Below are positions 9,189 to 20,570 of a stretch of 43,733 bases of DNA, one piece after another. Source of the DNA: Bacteroidales bacterium (GTDB taxonomy: Bacteria > Bacteroidota > Bacteroidia > Bacteroidales > UBA4181); assembly GCA_031549585.1 (NCBI GenBank), contig JAVBPN010000147.1, positions 1-43,733 of the forward strand, in the 5' to 3' direction. The position numbers and the translations under genes are program-made. Under the pieces are notes generated by a model. The model was not told the origin of the DNA. It saw nothing but the letters and a program-made list of their open reading frames with translations, and searched no databases. The first letter of the stretch is position 1. Each line of letters starts with the position of its first letter.

Positions 9189-10457
9189 TTAATTGAAGAA
9201 ATTGATTAGTAAGCGGATATTCAAATAAGTGACAATTGCGCCAATGATCAGCAATGTTCCGTTTAAAAGTTTGCCATTGGCGTGTTTTCCCATCAAATGT
9301 TTGTTAGAGGTCAGATAAATCTGTGAAAAAATAGTAATCGGTAATTGAATACTTAACATCATTTGCGAATACACCAAGCCCATGAAGGGGTTTTTGACAA
9401 ACATGATGATGACTAAGGCCAAGATTAAGGATATAGCCACACCCCATTTGGAGTGTTTGTCTTTAATGTCGTAAGGCTCTCCGAATATTCCCGCAAAAAT
9501 AGCTCCTCCGGCCATACCTGATGTCACGCTGGATGATATGCCTGCAAAAAGCAATGCAATAGCAAATACCAATCCGGCTCCTTTCCCTAACGTAGGCGTC
9601 AACATTTCCTGAGCTTGTTGTAGTTCATTGACAGGGATGGAATTGGCGTAAAAGGTAGATGCTGCCAACAGAATCATCGCGCTATTGATCGCCCAACCGA
9701 CTCCCATAGAAAAAATGGTGTCCACAAATTCAAATCGCAGTTGCTTTTTGATCACTTTTTCGTCTTGCAAATTCCCTTGACGGCTTTGGATAATCTCTGA
9801 GTGAAGAAAAAGATTATGGGGCATGACCACTGCACCCAACACACTCATGACGATCACGATAGAACCGTCTGGTATGGCGGGAGTGATCCAAGCCTTAACT
9901 GCTAAGTTCCATTCGATGGGTGCTAACATCAATTCATAGATAAATGAAAAGCCGATGATAGAAACAAAACCAATGATCCATCGTTCTATTTTCCGGTATG
10001 AATTGGTGATGATCATAACGATAATTAGAATTGTCACCATGATAGATCCGATTTTTACCGGAATACCGAATAACATCTGTAAAGCAATGGCTCCTCCCAA
10101 AATTTCGGCTAAGGATGTGGCCACAGAAGCCAGCATGGCAGTTCCCAGTACTCCACGTCCTAATTTGACGGGAAATCGTTCGGTAATTGCTTCGGATAAA
10201 CATTTGCCGGTGACAATGCCCAAGTGGGCTACATTGTGTTGTAAGATAATCAGCATTAATGTGGATAAAGTTACCATCCATAGCAAAGTGTAACCAAATT
10301 CGCTTCCGGCAGCTAAGTTGGAAGCCCAATTGCCGGGATCTATAAATCCTACGGTAACAAGCAACCCCGGCCCGATATATCTGAAAAAATCAAGGGATGG
10401 ATTGTCTTTCCCTTTTGCAAAACTTTTTTTGATTGATTTGATCAGATTGACTTTCAT
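9189..10457 (-). CDS. mntH: NRAMP family divalent metal (Mn2+/Fe2+) transporter
   Basis: GPGLLVTVGFIDPGNW and VVMPHNLFLHS signature motifs. Start moved to ATG 10457 because the TACATTTG promoter box (10462-10469) lies inside the longer ORF. Confidence 0.9.
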   Translation of the reverse strand: MKVNLIKSIKKSFAKGKDNPSLDFFRYIGPGLLVTVGFIDPGNWASNLAAGSEFGYTLLWMVTLSTLMLIILQHNVAHLGIVTGKCLSEAITERFPVKLGRGVLGTAMLASVATSLAEILGGAIALQMLFGIPVKIGSIMVTILIIVMIITNSYRKIERWIIGFVSIIGFSFIYELMLAPIEWNLAVKAWITPAIPDGSIVIVMSVLGAVVMPHNLFLHSEIIQSRQGNLQDEKVIKKQLRFEFVDTIFSMGVGWAINSAMILLAASTFYANSIPVNELQQAQEMLTPTLGKGAGLVFAIALLFAGISSSVTSGMAGGAIFAGIFGEPYDIKDKHSKWGVAISLILALVIIMFVKNPFMGLVYSQMMLSIQLPITIFSQIYLTSNKHLMGKHANGKLLNGTLLIIGAIVTYLNIRLLINFFN

Positions 10458-10543
10458 ATGACAAATGTAATGTTTTCGGATCAAAAAGCCTTTTGTTTTA
10501 TTTGCTGTAATCCGTGATGCATTTGGGAAAAGTACCTATTATG

Positions 10544-10684
10544 TATTTTGGCTAAAGCCTTTTTATATTGCACTCTTTGCCCGTTGGATAAATCCAACGG
10601 CAATGATAATGCAATTTTTCATTACCGTCTCGCTTTAGCGGACGGTTACAAATGCATTTAATATTGACGGCTTTAGCCAAAATA
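10544..10684. repeat. REPIN/MITE-like element of a separate family (GGCTAAAGCC type)
   Basis: Perfect 16-bp terminal IR TATTTTGGCTAAAGCC / GGCTTTAGCCAAAATA; internal hairpins CCGTTGGAT-aa-ATCCAACGG (10581-10600) and ACCGTC..GACGGT (about 10624-10646). Confidence 0.8.
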
Positions 10685-10760
10685 ACTCCTCGACGTATGG
10701 ACGAGTAATTAACGCTATTGAAACCATGAAAGTTCATGTGAATGATTCTATCAAACGGAA

Positions 10761-10884
10761 AAGGTGCTATTCAAAAAGTTTGAAGTCACGGCTGAATTGC
10801 AAATTCAGCCGAACGCGATCTTCTATATGCCACGTAAATAAGGTTGAGCGGAATTTGCAATTCCGCTTTTTTGAACGGTCTCTT
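10761..10884. mobile_element. MITE-like element, cargo type 2 (REP doublet), uninterrupted copy
   Basis: Degenerate TIRs GCTATTCAAAAAG / CTTTTTTGAACGGTC; intact GGCTGAATTGCAAATTCAGCCGAAC and GTTGAGCGGAATTTGCAATTCCGCT. Confidence 0.8.
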
Positions 10885-10902
10885 ATGTACTTGTCATAAA
10901 CA

Positions 10903-10933
10903 CAAAAGCCGACGTTTATAACGCCGGCTTTTG
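10903..10933 (-). terminator. Intrinsic terminator after the TonB receptor/lipoprotein operon
   Basis: CAAAAGCCGACGTT-tat-AACGCCGGCTTTTG stem about 35 nt downstream of the stop. Confidence 0.7.
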
Positions 10934-10966
10934 ATCAACCTAAACTATTTACCAAAAGACCTATTC

Positions 10967-12454
10967 TTAATAATCTGTATTTTGCGGGTCGAAATTAGTC
11001 CAACCTTTCATCCAGTTGTCAGTATCAGAATCACTGGCAAAAGCGCCAACGTACGATACTTTGTCAAATCCACTGCTTACTAAAGCATCAGTGAAATCAG
11101 CTGCGCCAAGAAGCGGGCTACCGGCAACAGGGCCCCAGTTTGGATCGGCTGCTAAGCTGTTGGGTTGCTTCAGCATCAAGCTGGAAATATCGTTAAAGTA
11201 TTGGTTATTCAAACCTTCGCTAAGGAAATAAGTGTGTGAAAACGATTGACCGCTTCCTTTGGTTTTACCATCGGTTGACAAAACATCATCCCAACTTTTG
11301 TTGATATCCGAACCAATAATAGTCATTCCAGCATAGAATACGTTTTTGATTTTGAGGCTTCCGTCGGTTGCCCATGTTTGTGTCGTACCTTTTTCATTGT
11401 CAAGCAATAAACCAACCGGATAACCAATTGCTATGGAATTGAAGCAGCTTAATTTAGAATTGCGGCGTATTTGCATAGCAGCTTGGAATGTACCTGTTTT
11501 CGATCCGTTTTGCGGGTTCAGGTTGCCAGCATTGATGTATGAAGAAGTGTTGGCGAAATCGTCAGCTTGCCCGATGGGGCCTACTATTGTTACGTTGCTG
11601 AATACGCTGGTTGTATAAGGAGTACTGGTTGATCCGTCAGAATTATTGTCTGATTCAAATCCATTTGAAAGTGACGTGTCGGCAATTCTCGGATGACGTA
11701 CGCCCAACAAAAATTGTAATTTTCCTGAGAATCCGTTGTCGGTATCGAAATCATCATCCCAGCCATGATATGCTACCAAATATTTTACATTGACTGAACC
11801 GCCGAACCATTCGAACGAATCGTCATTGCTGTATGAAACTTGCAAGTGGTCAACTTTAGTTCCACGTCCTACCGATCCAAAAGTGATACCATTGATTTCT
11901 TGATCCACATTGAAAGGGTATCCGGCAAATTCTACGCGAACATAGGTTAATTCTCCTGAGCTGTCATCATCATCGTTGCCACCATGCGTAGTGCGTGGGC
12001 CACCTTCGATAATCATTGCTCCCTTGTTATTCTTAGCGCGTCCGCAAAGGATCAATCCACCCCAATCTCCGGGTTTTCTTTGTCCTTTCGGTTGTTCGGA
12101 GGTAAACACAATCGGATTGGTTGCTGTTCCGCTGGCAACCAGTTTTCCTCCGGGCTCTACGACCAACGCTGCTTTGGTATCTTTGTCACCTTTAATGATT
12201 GTACCTGCTTCAATGGTTAATTTAGCACCATTGGTTACATATACCCAGCCTTTTAGCAAGTAAGTGCCTTTCGTCAATGTATGTTCGCCTTTGATTTCAA
12301 ATTCTTGCTCGCCATTTCCAATTACAGTGCCATCCTCAAAAAGGATTTGTTCTGTTTCCGTTTCCGGATTTTCATTGGTAGCATCATCTTTACATGCTAT
12401 GAGCGATAATAAGCTCACAAAGAATACAAAACTAAATAATCTAATTGTTTTCAT
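10967..12454 (-). CDS. Conserved beta-helix-type lipoprotein partner of a TonB-dependent receptor
   Basis: Lipobox LIAC-KDD; PIVFTSEQ, PGDWGGLILCG, YVRVEFAG, EINGITFGSVG, NDDSFEWFGG, DDDFDTDNG, WMKGWTNFDPQ. Confidence 0.85.
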   Translation of the reverse strand: MKTIRLFSFVFFVSLLSLIACKDDATNENPETETEQILFEDGTVIGNGEQEFEIKGEHTLTKGTYLLKGWVYVTNGAKLTIEAGTIIKGDKDTKAALVVEPGGKLVASGTATNPIVFTSEQPKGQRKPGDWGGLILCGRAKNNKGAMIIEGGPRTTHGGNDDDDSSGELTYVRVEFAGYPFNVDQEINGITFGSVGRGTKVDHLQVSYSNDDSFEWFGGSVNVKYLVAYHGWDDDFDTDNGFSGKLQFLLGVRHPRIADTSLSNGFESDNNSDGSTSTPYTTSVFSNVTIVGPIGQADDFANTSSYINAGNLNPQNGSKTGTFQAAMQIRRNSKLSCFNSIAIGYPVGLLLDNEKGTTQTWATDGSLKIKNVFYAGMTIIGSDINKSWDDVLSTDGKTKGSGQSFSHTYFLSEGLNNQYFNDISSLMLKQPNSLAADPNWGPVAGSPLLGAADFTDALVSSGFDKVSYVGAFASDSDTDNWMKGWTNFDPQNTDY

Positions 12455-12525
12455 TTTTAAAATATTGATTAATAATTATTTATATTTTTATTTGAATAAA
12501 TGGTAATTTCTATTTGTTATGAAAG

Positions 12526-15348
12526 TTAAAAGTTCATTTTTAATGCTATAGATATGTTTTGGCCGGGTTTGAACTTCTTAGTAGTCTGCTCGCGGGTTTG
12601 CAATTTTCCAGCATCATCGTAGAATTTGGGAAATTGTTTGAAGACTACATCTTGTGCCAAAATATCTTTTACGGAAGCGCTTATTTCGAAATGCTTGCCA
12701 ATCTTACGGCGCATAGTTAAATCGATTACATTGCGCGGCATTTCATACATATCAGGAATATCGTTGTTGATGTTTCCTCCGCTGCTGATGTCTACGCGCC
12801 CAATACCCACAATACGTTTTCCAATGATGTTGTAAAGCAATCCAAACATCCATTGATCTTTGTTGTCTTGGTAGAAAAGCCCTGCATTAACCAAGAACGG
12901 CGATTGCCCTTGCATGGGACGGTCGTGTTCCAAACTGCCTTCCTCGAATTGTACGTTACTACTAATGAGCGTGCCGTTCAGCGTTAAAGAAAGTTGTGGT
13001 ACACCAATAAAATCGAAGTTCTTTTTTACATCCAATTCTAACCCGTAGTTATTGGCTGACATGGCGTTTTCGAAAGTGTATGTATAGCTTCCGCCACCAT
13101 CGATGTATGTCCATTCAATAGGATTTGAAAATTTCTTATAGAAAGCGGCCAAGGAAATCAATTCGCCTGACGAAGGATAAAATTCATAACGTAAGTCAAA
13201 ATTCTGGATATAAGCCGGTTTCAGGTCAGGATTCCCTTTGATGGAACTGAATAAATCAAAATCGTAATAAACCGATGATGATACTTCGCGAAATTCCTGC
13301 CTATTGACTGATGCTCCATAAGCGAAACGCAACAAATGTTTGTCATTAAAATTGTAGGTGGCATTCACTGAGGAAAACAAGTCTGTTTGTACATAGTCTT
13401 TTTCGCGGGTAAGGTCGCCATAAATACTTGTATAATTGGTTACTGTCATATTATTGTTTTCAATACGCACGCCCGCATATACATTTAGTTTTTTAAGCGG
13501 GATATTCAATCCAACATATCCAGCATATAGTTCATCATTACCCATATAATTATTGCGGTTGTCGGTATCTTCATAAATATAAAGCTTGTCGGCGCTGTAA
13601 TTTTCCGGAATTAAGACACTTGTTACTGCGTCGAGGTATGAAAAATTGCTGGGTAAATTGTCTTCATTCCAACGGTAATAAAATGCCCTTGTATTGTATT
13701 TGCGATCACGACGTTCAGCATAAACACCCATTTTTAATGATGGATTGAAGTTGCCAAACTTAAAATTATGTGAATAATTAGCTGTTGCAGAAAGTATATT
13801 TTCATCCAATTTCAAGAAGTCACGTAAAATTTCGTTTTGGTCGGTTTGCATTTCTCCATAATGCTCATCACCTACAAAACCATTTTCTTCCAGATTAATG
13901 ATGCGGCGATCAGGTTGATTACGATTGGCATACGAATATCCAAATGTCCAATCAAGCTGATCTGCTGTAGATAATTTATGTACCCCTGCAAACTGTCCCG
14001 AATAGGCCAACCTGCTTGAATAAATATATTCCCGTTTGGCTTGTTGATAAAGTCCGCTCAAATATTGAAATCCTTCACGTTCGGTATAACGGTCGCGCCC
14101 CAATTGATTTACGATGTTGCGAAATTCTATACGGTGACGGTCATTTAACATATATGTCAGGTTAAGCATTCCTCCTACACGGGCATCAGTGGTATATTGG
14201 TTATCGGTGTAATCGTACAAGTATTCGGGTTGATCGGTCCGGGTGTTGTACACACCGTAACGGGCGTTCTTCATGCCTGTCAAAGTACGGTTTGCATATG
14301 TATAATTCAATGCCGTAATTAAGCCCCAACGTTTGGAGAAACGATGGTTAAGCATTACCGAAAAACGTTGGTCCGGAATAGGATATCGGCTACGAACCGT
14401 CCAATCATTATTAAATCCGGATTGAGTCATGGATGTTACTTGTGATGGGTTATTGTTGTTGAGCCGATCAACAGAGAAATTGGTATTGGTCAATGTTGGA
14501 ACGGATTTTAAGCTGCGTTTCCCATTGTCGAACCCCAAAAAATCGGTAGAGCTGCCATTATTGTATTTGAAATCATGAAATTGTGTTTCCGTATTGAAAT
14601 TGATCCCATAATTTATTTCTACCGAATTTTCCGATGGCATATTCTTGGTTGACAATTTGATAAATCCTCCGGTAAAGTCAGCAGGTAGTTCCGGTGCTGG
14701 CGACTTGACAATCATCACATTTTCGATTTGCGAACCCGGAATGATGTCAAATGAAAATGACCGGGTATCGGCTTCGGAACTAGGTACGGCACTATTGTTA
14801 ATCCATACATTGTTATAACGTTGAGATAATCCACGGGCAATCACAAATTTGTCGTCGATAATTGAAATTCCGGGAATTCGTTTGATCACTTCCGATGCAT
14901 TGCGGTCTTGAGCCTTTGTAATCTGTTGTGATGATACGCCACTCATCACTACCGATGCCGATTTCATGGCATTGATTACTTGAGCTTCTGAATTCACTTT
15001 ACGTACAGCGGTTACTACTACTTCGTCAATACCTAAAGAAGCTTCTTCCATTGCTACGTTGGCACTTGCAGATTTCCCCGCCTCTACGTTTACATCTGTC
15101 ACTTCTACTGTGTTATAGGAAATGAATGAATATTTTACCGTATATTTACCCGGTGGTACTTTCAAGCTGTAATCTCCATCAATTCCGGTAATAGTACCTG
15201 TTGATAACGATTCGATAATCACATTGGCTCCGGTAATTGGTGTACCTGTTGACTTTTCAACAATAGTTCCTCGTATTTCACCTGTTTGTGCTGTTACATA
15301 ATGTGCAACGATCAGGAGTACAATACATATAAATAACTTTTTGATCAT
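12526..15348 (-). CDS. TonB-dependent receptor (non-SusC type, with N-terminal CarboxypepD_reg-like domain)
   Basis: Signal peptide from ATG 15348 (MIKKLFICIVLL); plug IKRIPGISI..RGLSQRYN, PELPADFTGG; GNPDLKPAYIQNFDLRYEFY; RPMQGQSPF; terminal Phe. Confidence 0.93.
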   Translation of the reverse strand: MIKKLFICIVLLIVAHYVTAQTGEIRGTIVEKSTGTPITGANVIIESLSTGTITGIDGDYSLKVPPGKYTVKYSFISYNTVEVTDVNVEAGKSASANVAMEEASLGIDEVVVTAVRKVNSEAQVINAMKSASVVMSGVSSQQITKAQDRNASEVIKRIPGISIIDDKFVIARGLSQRYNNVWINNSAVPSSEADTRSFSFDIIPGSQIENVMIVKSPAPELPADFTGGFIKLSTKNMPSENSVEINYGINFNTETQFHDFKYNNGSSTDFLGFDNGKRSLKSVPTLTNTNFSVDRLNNNNPSQVTSMTQSGFNNDWTVRSRYPIPDQRFSVMLNHRFSKRWGLITALNYTYANRTLTGMKNARYGVYNTRTDQPEYLYDYTDNQYTTDARVGGMLNLTYMLNDRHRIEFRNIVNQLGRDRYTEREGFQYLSGLYQQAKREYIYSSRLAYSGQFAGVHKLSTADQLDWTFGYSYANRNQPDRRIINLEENGFVGDEHYGEMQTDQNEILRDFLKLDENILSATANYSHNFKFGNFNPSLKMGVYAERRDRKYNTRAFYYRWNEDNLPSNFSYLDAVTSVLIPENYSADKLYIYEDTDNRNNYMGNDELYAGYVGLNIPLKKLNVYAGVRIENNNMTVTNYTSIYGDLTREKDYVQTDLFSSVNATYNFNDKHLLRFAYGASVNRQEFREVSSSVYYDFDLFSSIKGNPDLKPAYIQNFDLRYEFYPSSGELISLAAFYKKFSNPIEWTYIDGGGSYTYTFENAMSANNYGLELDVKKNFDFIGVPQLSLTLNGTLISSNVQFEEGSLEHDRPMQGQSPFLVNAGLFYQDNKDQWMFGLLYNIIGKRIVGIGRVDISSGGNINNDIPDMYEMPRNVIDLTMRRKIGKHFEISASVKDILAQDVVFKQFPKFYDDAGKLQTREQTTKKFKPGQNISIALKMNF

Positions 15349-15372
15349 ATAGGATATTAAAATTTTACATGA

Positions 15373-15450
15373 CAAAGGAATCTTGATCATGTTAACCGAT
15401 TGTTGCTGTTTGTTTATGTTTCAGTGAATAAATTGTTAAGAGAACGTTAA
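15373..15450 (-). promoter_or_regulatory. Degenerate -7 box (TTCCTTTG, 15373-15380) with 11-bp-phased TTAAC repeats (PhoB/OmpR-type box)
   Basis: On the plus strand, GTTAA-like pentamers start at 15391, 15402, 15412 (one base off phase), 15424, 15435 and 15446. Confidence 0.65.
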
Positions 15451-15588
15451 GTGATCAATTTAAGGTTTAAAATTTCAAATCTCAAGCTGTTGATTTTGAT
15501 CGTTTTATGATTATGTTTCGCATTTATAATATTTGCCTCTTATTACTGTTGTTATATAATTATTACGTTTGCATTAAATTTATTGATA

Positions 15589-16629
15589 ATGATAGATCTA
15601 CGTTTGTTCAGCCAACAATTGTCAAGCACAAAATGTAAAACGCCGCAGGAACTTGTTTCTTGGATGGGTGCAATGCAGGCTCAGGATTTTAATATGGCCA
15701 AATGGGCGATTGGCATACGCCTTACCAGATATACAAATCATTTAGTAGAAGCCGCTTTTAACCGGGGTGAAATTCTTAGGACACACGTTTTGCGTCCGAC
15801 ATGGCATTTTGTTTCGCCGGAAAATATCCGTTGGATGTTGCCGTTGACCGCACAGAAGATCATTTCTTCCATGAAATCCAGAGATCGTGATTTAGGGCTC
15901 ACAGAGGAATTTTATGCTAAAAGCTATTCGATTATTGAAAAGGCATTGGAAGGTAAACACCTGACCCGTGAAGAATTGATGGTTGCATTTGAAAAGAACC
16001 GGCTTCCCATCAATACTTCCCAATTATACCATTTAATGATGCGTGCCGAGTCGAATGGAATGGTATGCAGCGGCGCTATGCATGGAAAAAAGCATACCTA
16101 TGCTTTATTGGACGAAAGAGTTCCTCCAACAAAGCCATTAGCAAAGGATGAAGCTTTGGCAAAACTTGCCCGGATATATTTCACTGGCCATAGCCCGGCG
16201 ACTTTACAGGATTTCATTTGGTGGTCAGGGCTTTCGGCAACTGAAGCCAAGCAGGGATTAGAAGCTGCGAAACCGGATTTGATTTCTGAAAAGGTTAATG
16301 AACAGACCTATTGGGGTACTGATATTTTTGGCAAAAAACTTATTTCTTCAAAGTCCGTTTATTTATTACCTGCTTTTGATGAGTATATCATTGCATATAG
16401 AGACCGTAAAGCTGTTCTCGATTCAGAAAACCATAGTAAGGCAATTTCGAGTAATGGTATTTTTCGTCCTACCATTTTATATAATGGGAAAGTAATAGGA
16501 CTTTGGAAAAAGACTGCATCTAAGAATAGTCCGGTTGCTTTGGAGTTTTTCTCGAAAGTTGATAAACCGGTGCAGAAATTAGTAGATCAAGCAGTAGATA
16601 ATTTCAGCCTATTTTTAAGTAAAGCATGA
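15589..16629 (+). CDS. Winged-helix (HTH_42) AlkZ/YcaQ-family DNA glycosylase-like protein
   Basis: MQAQD (QxQ motif), RTHVLRPTWHFV, PATLQDFIWWSGL, LLPAFDEY; TACGTTTG box at 15564-15571 supports ATG 15589. Confidence 0.85.
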   Translation: MIDLRLFSQQLSSTKCKTPQELVSWMGAMQAQDFNMAKWAIGIRLTRYTNHLVEAAFNRGEILRTHVLRPTWHFVSPENIRWMLPLTAQKIISSMKSRDRDLGLTEEFYAKSYSIIEKALEGKHLTREELMVAFEKNRLPINTSQLYHLMMRAESNGMVCSGAMHGKKHTYALLDERVPPTKPLAKDEALAKLARIYFTGHSPATLQDFIWWSGLSATEAKQGLEAAKPDLISEKVNEQTYWGTDIFGKKLISSKSVYLLPAFDEYIIAYRDRKAVLDSENHSKAISSNGIFRPTILYNGKVIGLWKKTASKNSPVALEFFSKVDKPVQKLVDQAVDNFSLFLSKA

Positions 16630-16635
16630 TCTAAC

Positions 16636-16788
16636 GAAACTGTTCAAAAAGCTATAAGTTATGGCTGAATTACAAATTCAGCCAAACGCTATTTTCTGTA
16701 AAACAGTTTGACAACGTTGATCGGAATTTGCAATTATTGCATGAGGGCTTCGCCGTTCCGATCAAAAACAAACTCTTTGAACAGTTTC
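16636..16788. mobile_element. MITE-like element, cargo type 2 (REP doublet), with a 20-nt micro-insertion at 16736-16755
   Basis: Perfect 13-bp TIR GAAACTGTTCAAA / TTTGAACAGTTTC; REPs GGCTGAATTACAAATTCAGCCAAAC and GTTGATCGGAATTTGCAATT[insert]TTCCGATC; lies between convergent genes. Confidence 0.85.
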
Positions 16789-16803
16789 TTGTGGAACTTA
16801 GTT

Positions 16804-19800
16804 TTATTGGTTTTGTCCGCAACAATTTTTGTATTTCTTGCCACTTCCACATGGGCAAGGATCATTACGCCCAACTTTTTTCTCTGTTTTTACTAAAGGT
16901 TGAGAACGTTGTTGTTCACGGGTATCTTGTTGTTCCGGTGCTTGTCCCGATGCCCGCGATGCAAATTCACTTTTACGTACTTGCATCCGGCTCATATCCA
17001 ATCGGCGTGGAGCTTGTGCCCGTTGTACTTCCTTAGGATCACGAAGCGGAATAGTGCTTTTGAGCAATAGGGAAATAATATCCCGATTGTTTTTTTCGAT
17101 CATCGTTTTAAATAATTCAAACGATTCGAATTTGTAGATCAGCAAAGGATCCTTTTGCTCATAGCTGGCATTCTGAACTGATTGGCGCAAATCATCTAAT
17201 TCGCGGAGATGTTCTTTCCAAGCTTCGTCAATGGTCGCCAATATGGCAGTTTTTTCGAAAGAACGGATCATTTCCCGGCCTTCGGTTTCGTACGATTTTT
17301 TGAGATTGGTGACAATTTGGAAAACCCGGCGCCCATCAGTAAACGGAATAACGATGTTTTCATATTGGTTACCCTGATTTTCGTACACATCTTTAATTAC
17401 CGGCAATGCCTGTTGGGCATTGAATTCTGTTTTACGCTGATATGCTTTTTGAACGGTTTCATAAATCGTTTGGACGGTTTCTTCCACCGGATTTTTAATA
17501 AAAGTTTGCTCGTCAACGGGTGATTCTACAGAGAAATACCGGATCAATTCCATGTTTAATCCGTCAAAATCTTGATCCTGATGGAATGTGTTCACAGTAT
17601 TTTCCACCACGTCAAATGTCATATTGGCAATGTCAATGTTGAGGCGTTCGCCATAGAGTGCATGACGGCGTTTGGTGTATATTACCTCACGTTGCGAATT
17701 CATCACATCGTCATATTCCAACAAACGTTTCCGAATACCGAAATTATTTTCTTCCACCTTACGTTGTGCCCGTTCGATAGATTTAGTGATCATCGAATGT
17801 TGTATCACTTCACCTTCTTTAAGGCCTAATCTATCCATCAATCCGGCAATACGATCGGAACCAAACAAACGCATCAGGTCATCTTCGAGCGAGACAAAGA
17901 ACTGTGAACTACCGGGGTCGCCTTGACGTCCGGCACGTCCGCGTAACTGACGGTCAACACGGCGTGATTCATGGCGTTCCGTACCTATAATGGCCAAACC
18001 TCCTGCTGCTTTGACTTCTGGAGAGAGCTTGATGTCTGTACCACGTCCCGCCATGTTGGTGGCAATGGTTACTGTTCCTGTTTTTCCTGCTTCGGCAACA
18101 ATCTCAGCTTCCCGTTGGTGCAATTTGGCATTTAAGACATTGTGCTTAATTTTCTGATAGTTGAGCATTTTGCTCAGTAATTCAGATATTTCTACCGAAG
18201 TAGTACCCACCAATACCGGACGCCCATGTTCTACCAGATTGACAATTTCATCAATTACCGCTTTGTATTTTTCGCGTTTGGTTTTATATACCAAGTCTTC
18301 ATGGTCATTTCGGATTATCGGTTTGTTGGTTGGGATCACCACCACATCTAATTTATAGATATTCCATAACTCTCCGGCTTCCGTTTCGGCTGTACCGGTC
18401 ATACCTGCGAGTTTGTGGTACATACGGAAATAGTTCTGGAGGGTAATGGTCGCAAAAGTTTGCGTAGCTGCTTCCACTTTTACATTCTCCTTAGCTTCAA
18501 TAGCCTGATGCAATCCATCGGAATAGCGGCGGCCTTCCATGATACGCCCCGTTTGTTCATCAACAATTTTTACCTTATTGTCGATCACCACATATTCATC
18601 ATCCCGTTCAAATAAGGTATAGGCTTTCAATAATTGATTGACAGTGTGTACACGTTCAGATTTAATGGCATATTCGCCCAATAATTCATCTTTCTTTTTT
18701 ACTTTTTCTTCCGGAGGTAAGTTTTGTTTTTCCAACTCGGAAACAGCAGTTCCAATGTCCGGTAAGATGAAGAAATTCGGATCTTCCGTTTTACGCGTTA
18801 ATATTTCAATTCCTTTGTCAGTCAGTTCAATACTGTTGTGTTTTTCATCAATCACAAAGAACAACTCATCTGTTGCAATATGCATGTTCTTGCTGTTCTC
18901 TTGCATGTAAAAATTTTCTGTTTTTTGAAGCAAGAGTTTGTGTCCTTGTTCACTAAGGGTTTTGATCAACGGCTTGTTTTTCGGAAGTCCTTTGAATGCA
19001 CGAAACAGCAATAATCCTCCTTTATCTTTTTCTTTTGGGTCTTCGCTGTCAATCAGATTTTTGGCTTCGGCCAATATTTGAGTTACCAAACGGCGTTGTT
19101 CGTTAAAAAGTTGTTCTACACGCGATTTGTATTCGTCGAACAATTGGTTATCGCCACGTGGAACAGGCCCGGCAATGATCAAAGGTGTCCGGGCGTCATC
19201 AATCAAAACGGAGTCAACCTCATCCACGATTGCATAATGATGTTTGCGCTGTACCAAGTCTTCTGGACTGATGGCCATATTATCACGCAAATAGTCAAAC
19301 CCAAATTCATTATTGGTGCCAAAAGTAATATCGGAATTGTATGCTTTGCGTCGGTCAGGTGAGTTGGGCTGGTGTTTGTCAATACAATCAACTGACAATC
19401 CGTGAAATTCATATAAAGGCCCCATCCATTCCGAGTCACGTTTGGACAAATAATCATTTACAGTCACCAAGTGTACACCACGTCCGGCTAAAGCATTCAG
19501 GAAAACGGGCAAGGTAGCAACTAATGTTTTTCCTTCACCGGTTGCCATTTCGGCGATTTTACCTTGATGCAATGCCACGCCACCAATCAACTGCACATCA
19601 TAGTGCACCATATCCCAAACAATCTCGTTTCCTCCGGCTATCCAACGGTTCAAATACACCGCCTTGCCGTCCTCAATCAATACATTGTTCTTTGTGATTG
19701 CTAAAGCCCGGTCAAAATCATTGGCTGTAACCACCACCCGCTCATTTTCTTTAAACCGGCGAGCTGTTTCTTTCATGATTGCAAAGGCCGCAGGAAGCAT

Positions 19801-20124
19801 ATCATTGAGCGTGTCTTCAATGATTTTTAACACGTCTTTTTCCAATTCATCGACTTGTTTGTATAGCCCTTCCAAGTCGTCAACAGGAGTGTCGTCGGCT
19901 TCGGCTTTTGTTTTTAGTTCGATAATTTTTGCTTCGTCGTCTTGTATGGCGTCATTGATTTGTTTTTTCAAAAGGTCGGTTTCTGCCCGCAATTGGTCGT
20001 TGGTAAATCCTAGTATCCTTTCGTATTCAGCTTTGATTTGACCGACATAAGGTCGTATTTCTTTCATGTCTTTCTCAGCTTTGTTTCCGAAAAACGAGGA
20101 TAAAAGAGAATCGATAAAACCCAT
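16804..20124 (-). CDS. secA: Preprotein translocase subunit SecA
   Basis: [55 protein letters not shown] and C-terminal [21 protein letters not shown] 20124 preferred; TAAATTTG box at 20149-20156. Confidence 0.99.
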   Translation of the reverse strand: MGFIDSLLSSFFGNKAEKDMKEIRPYVGQIKAEYERILGFTNDQLRAETDLLKKQINDAIQDDEAKIIELKTKAEADDTPVDDLEGLYKQVDELEKDVLKIIEDTLNDMLPAAFAIMKETARRFKENERVVVTANDFDRALAITKNNVLIEDGKAVYLNRWIAGGNEIVWDMVHYDVQLIGGVALHQGKIAEMATGEGKTLVATLPVFLNALAGRGVHLVTVNDYLSKRDSEWMGPLYEFHGLSVDCIDKHQPNSPDRRKAYNSDITFGTNNEFGFDYLRDNMAISPEDLVQRKHHYAIVDEVDSVLIDDARTPLIIAGPVPRGDNQLFDEYKSRVEQLFNEQRRLVTQILAEAKNLIDSEDPKEKDKGGLLLFRAFKGLPKNKPLIKTLSEQGHKLLLQKTENFYMQENSKNMHIATDELFFVIDEKHNSIELTDKGIEILTRKTEDPNFFILPDIGTAVSELEKQNLPPEEKVKKKDELLGEYAIKSERVHTVNQLLKAYTLFERDDEYVVIDNKVKIVDEQTGRIMEGRRYSDGLHQAIEAKENVKVEAATQTFATITLQNYFRMYHKLAGMTGTAETEAGELWNIYKLDVVVIPTNKPIIRNDHEDLVYKTKREKYKAVIDEIVNLVEHGRPVLVGTTSVEISELLSKMLNYQKIKHNVLNAKLHQREAEIVAEAGKTGTVTIATNMAGRGTDIKLSPEVKAAGGLAIIGTERHESRRVDRQLRGRAGRQGDPGSSQFFVSLEDDLMRLFGSDRIAGLMDRLGLKEGEVIQHSMITKSIERAQRKVEENNFGIRKRLLEYDDVMNSQREVIYTKRRHALYGERLNIDIANMTFDVVENTVNTFHQDQDFDGLNMELIRYFSVESPVDEQTFIKNPVEETVQTIYETVQKAYQRKTEFNAQQALPVIKDVYENQGNQYENIVIPFTDGRRVFQIVTNLKKSYETEGREMIRSFEKTAILATIDEAWKEHLRELDDLRQSVQNASYEQKDPLLIYKFESFELFKTMIEKNNRDIISLLLKSTIPLRDPKEVQRAQAPRRLDMSRMQVRKSEFASRASGQAPEQQDTREQQRSQPLVKTEKKVGRNDPCPCGSGKKYKNCCGQNQ

Positions 20125-20570
20125 GATATTTTTGATTAAAATAAACGACAAATTTACGCAATTTTACGTAACCTGACAAGTTCTTGTGGTTCTGAGTTAA
20201 AGTGTAAATTCAAGTTTATTCGCTCATATTAGGGTCATTTGCTACAATGATGTTTAACTTTTTGCAAGATAAAAACATTTGAGCTAAATGTTTAGGTTTA
20301 ATTTGTTCCAGATCATAATGGATTTTATTTGTTATTTTAAAAGAGACTGATGTGTATCCAAAAACAAAGGAGATAGCAGTTTCATCCGAGAAATGATGTC
20401 AAATTATTTTTACAAAATCTTTATATCTGAGCCATATCTTTTTACAAAAAATAAATAATTGTCCGCATATTTTTAGATCGTGGAAATTTTAGATAGAAGA
20501 CGCTTATTTTTTCCTGATTTTAAAAACACAGACGTGTAAATATTTTTTTATTTATTTAAATCACTTAGCC

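Noticed and set aside
20272-20294. IR AAAACATTT-N5-AAATGTTTT in the secA-sigma intergenic region
   Set aside because: Nine AT-rich bp is near chance expectation and it is not tied to a recognisable promoter.
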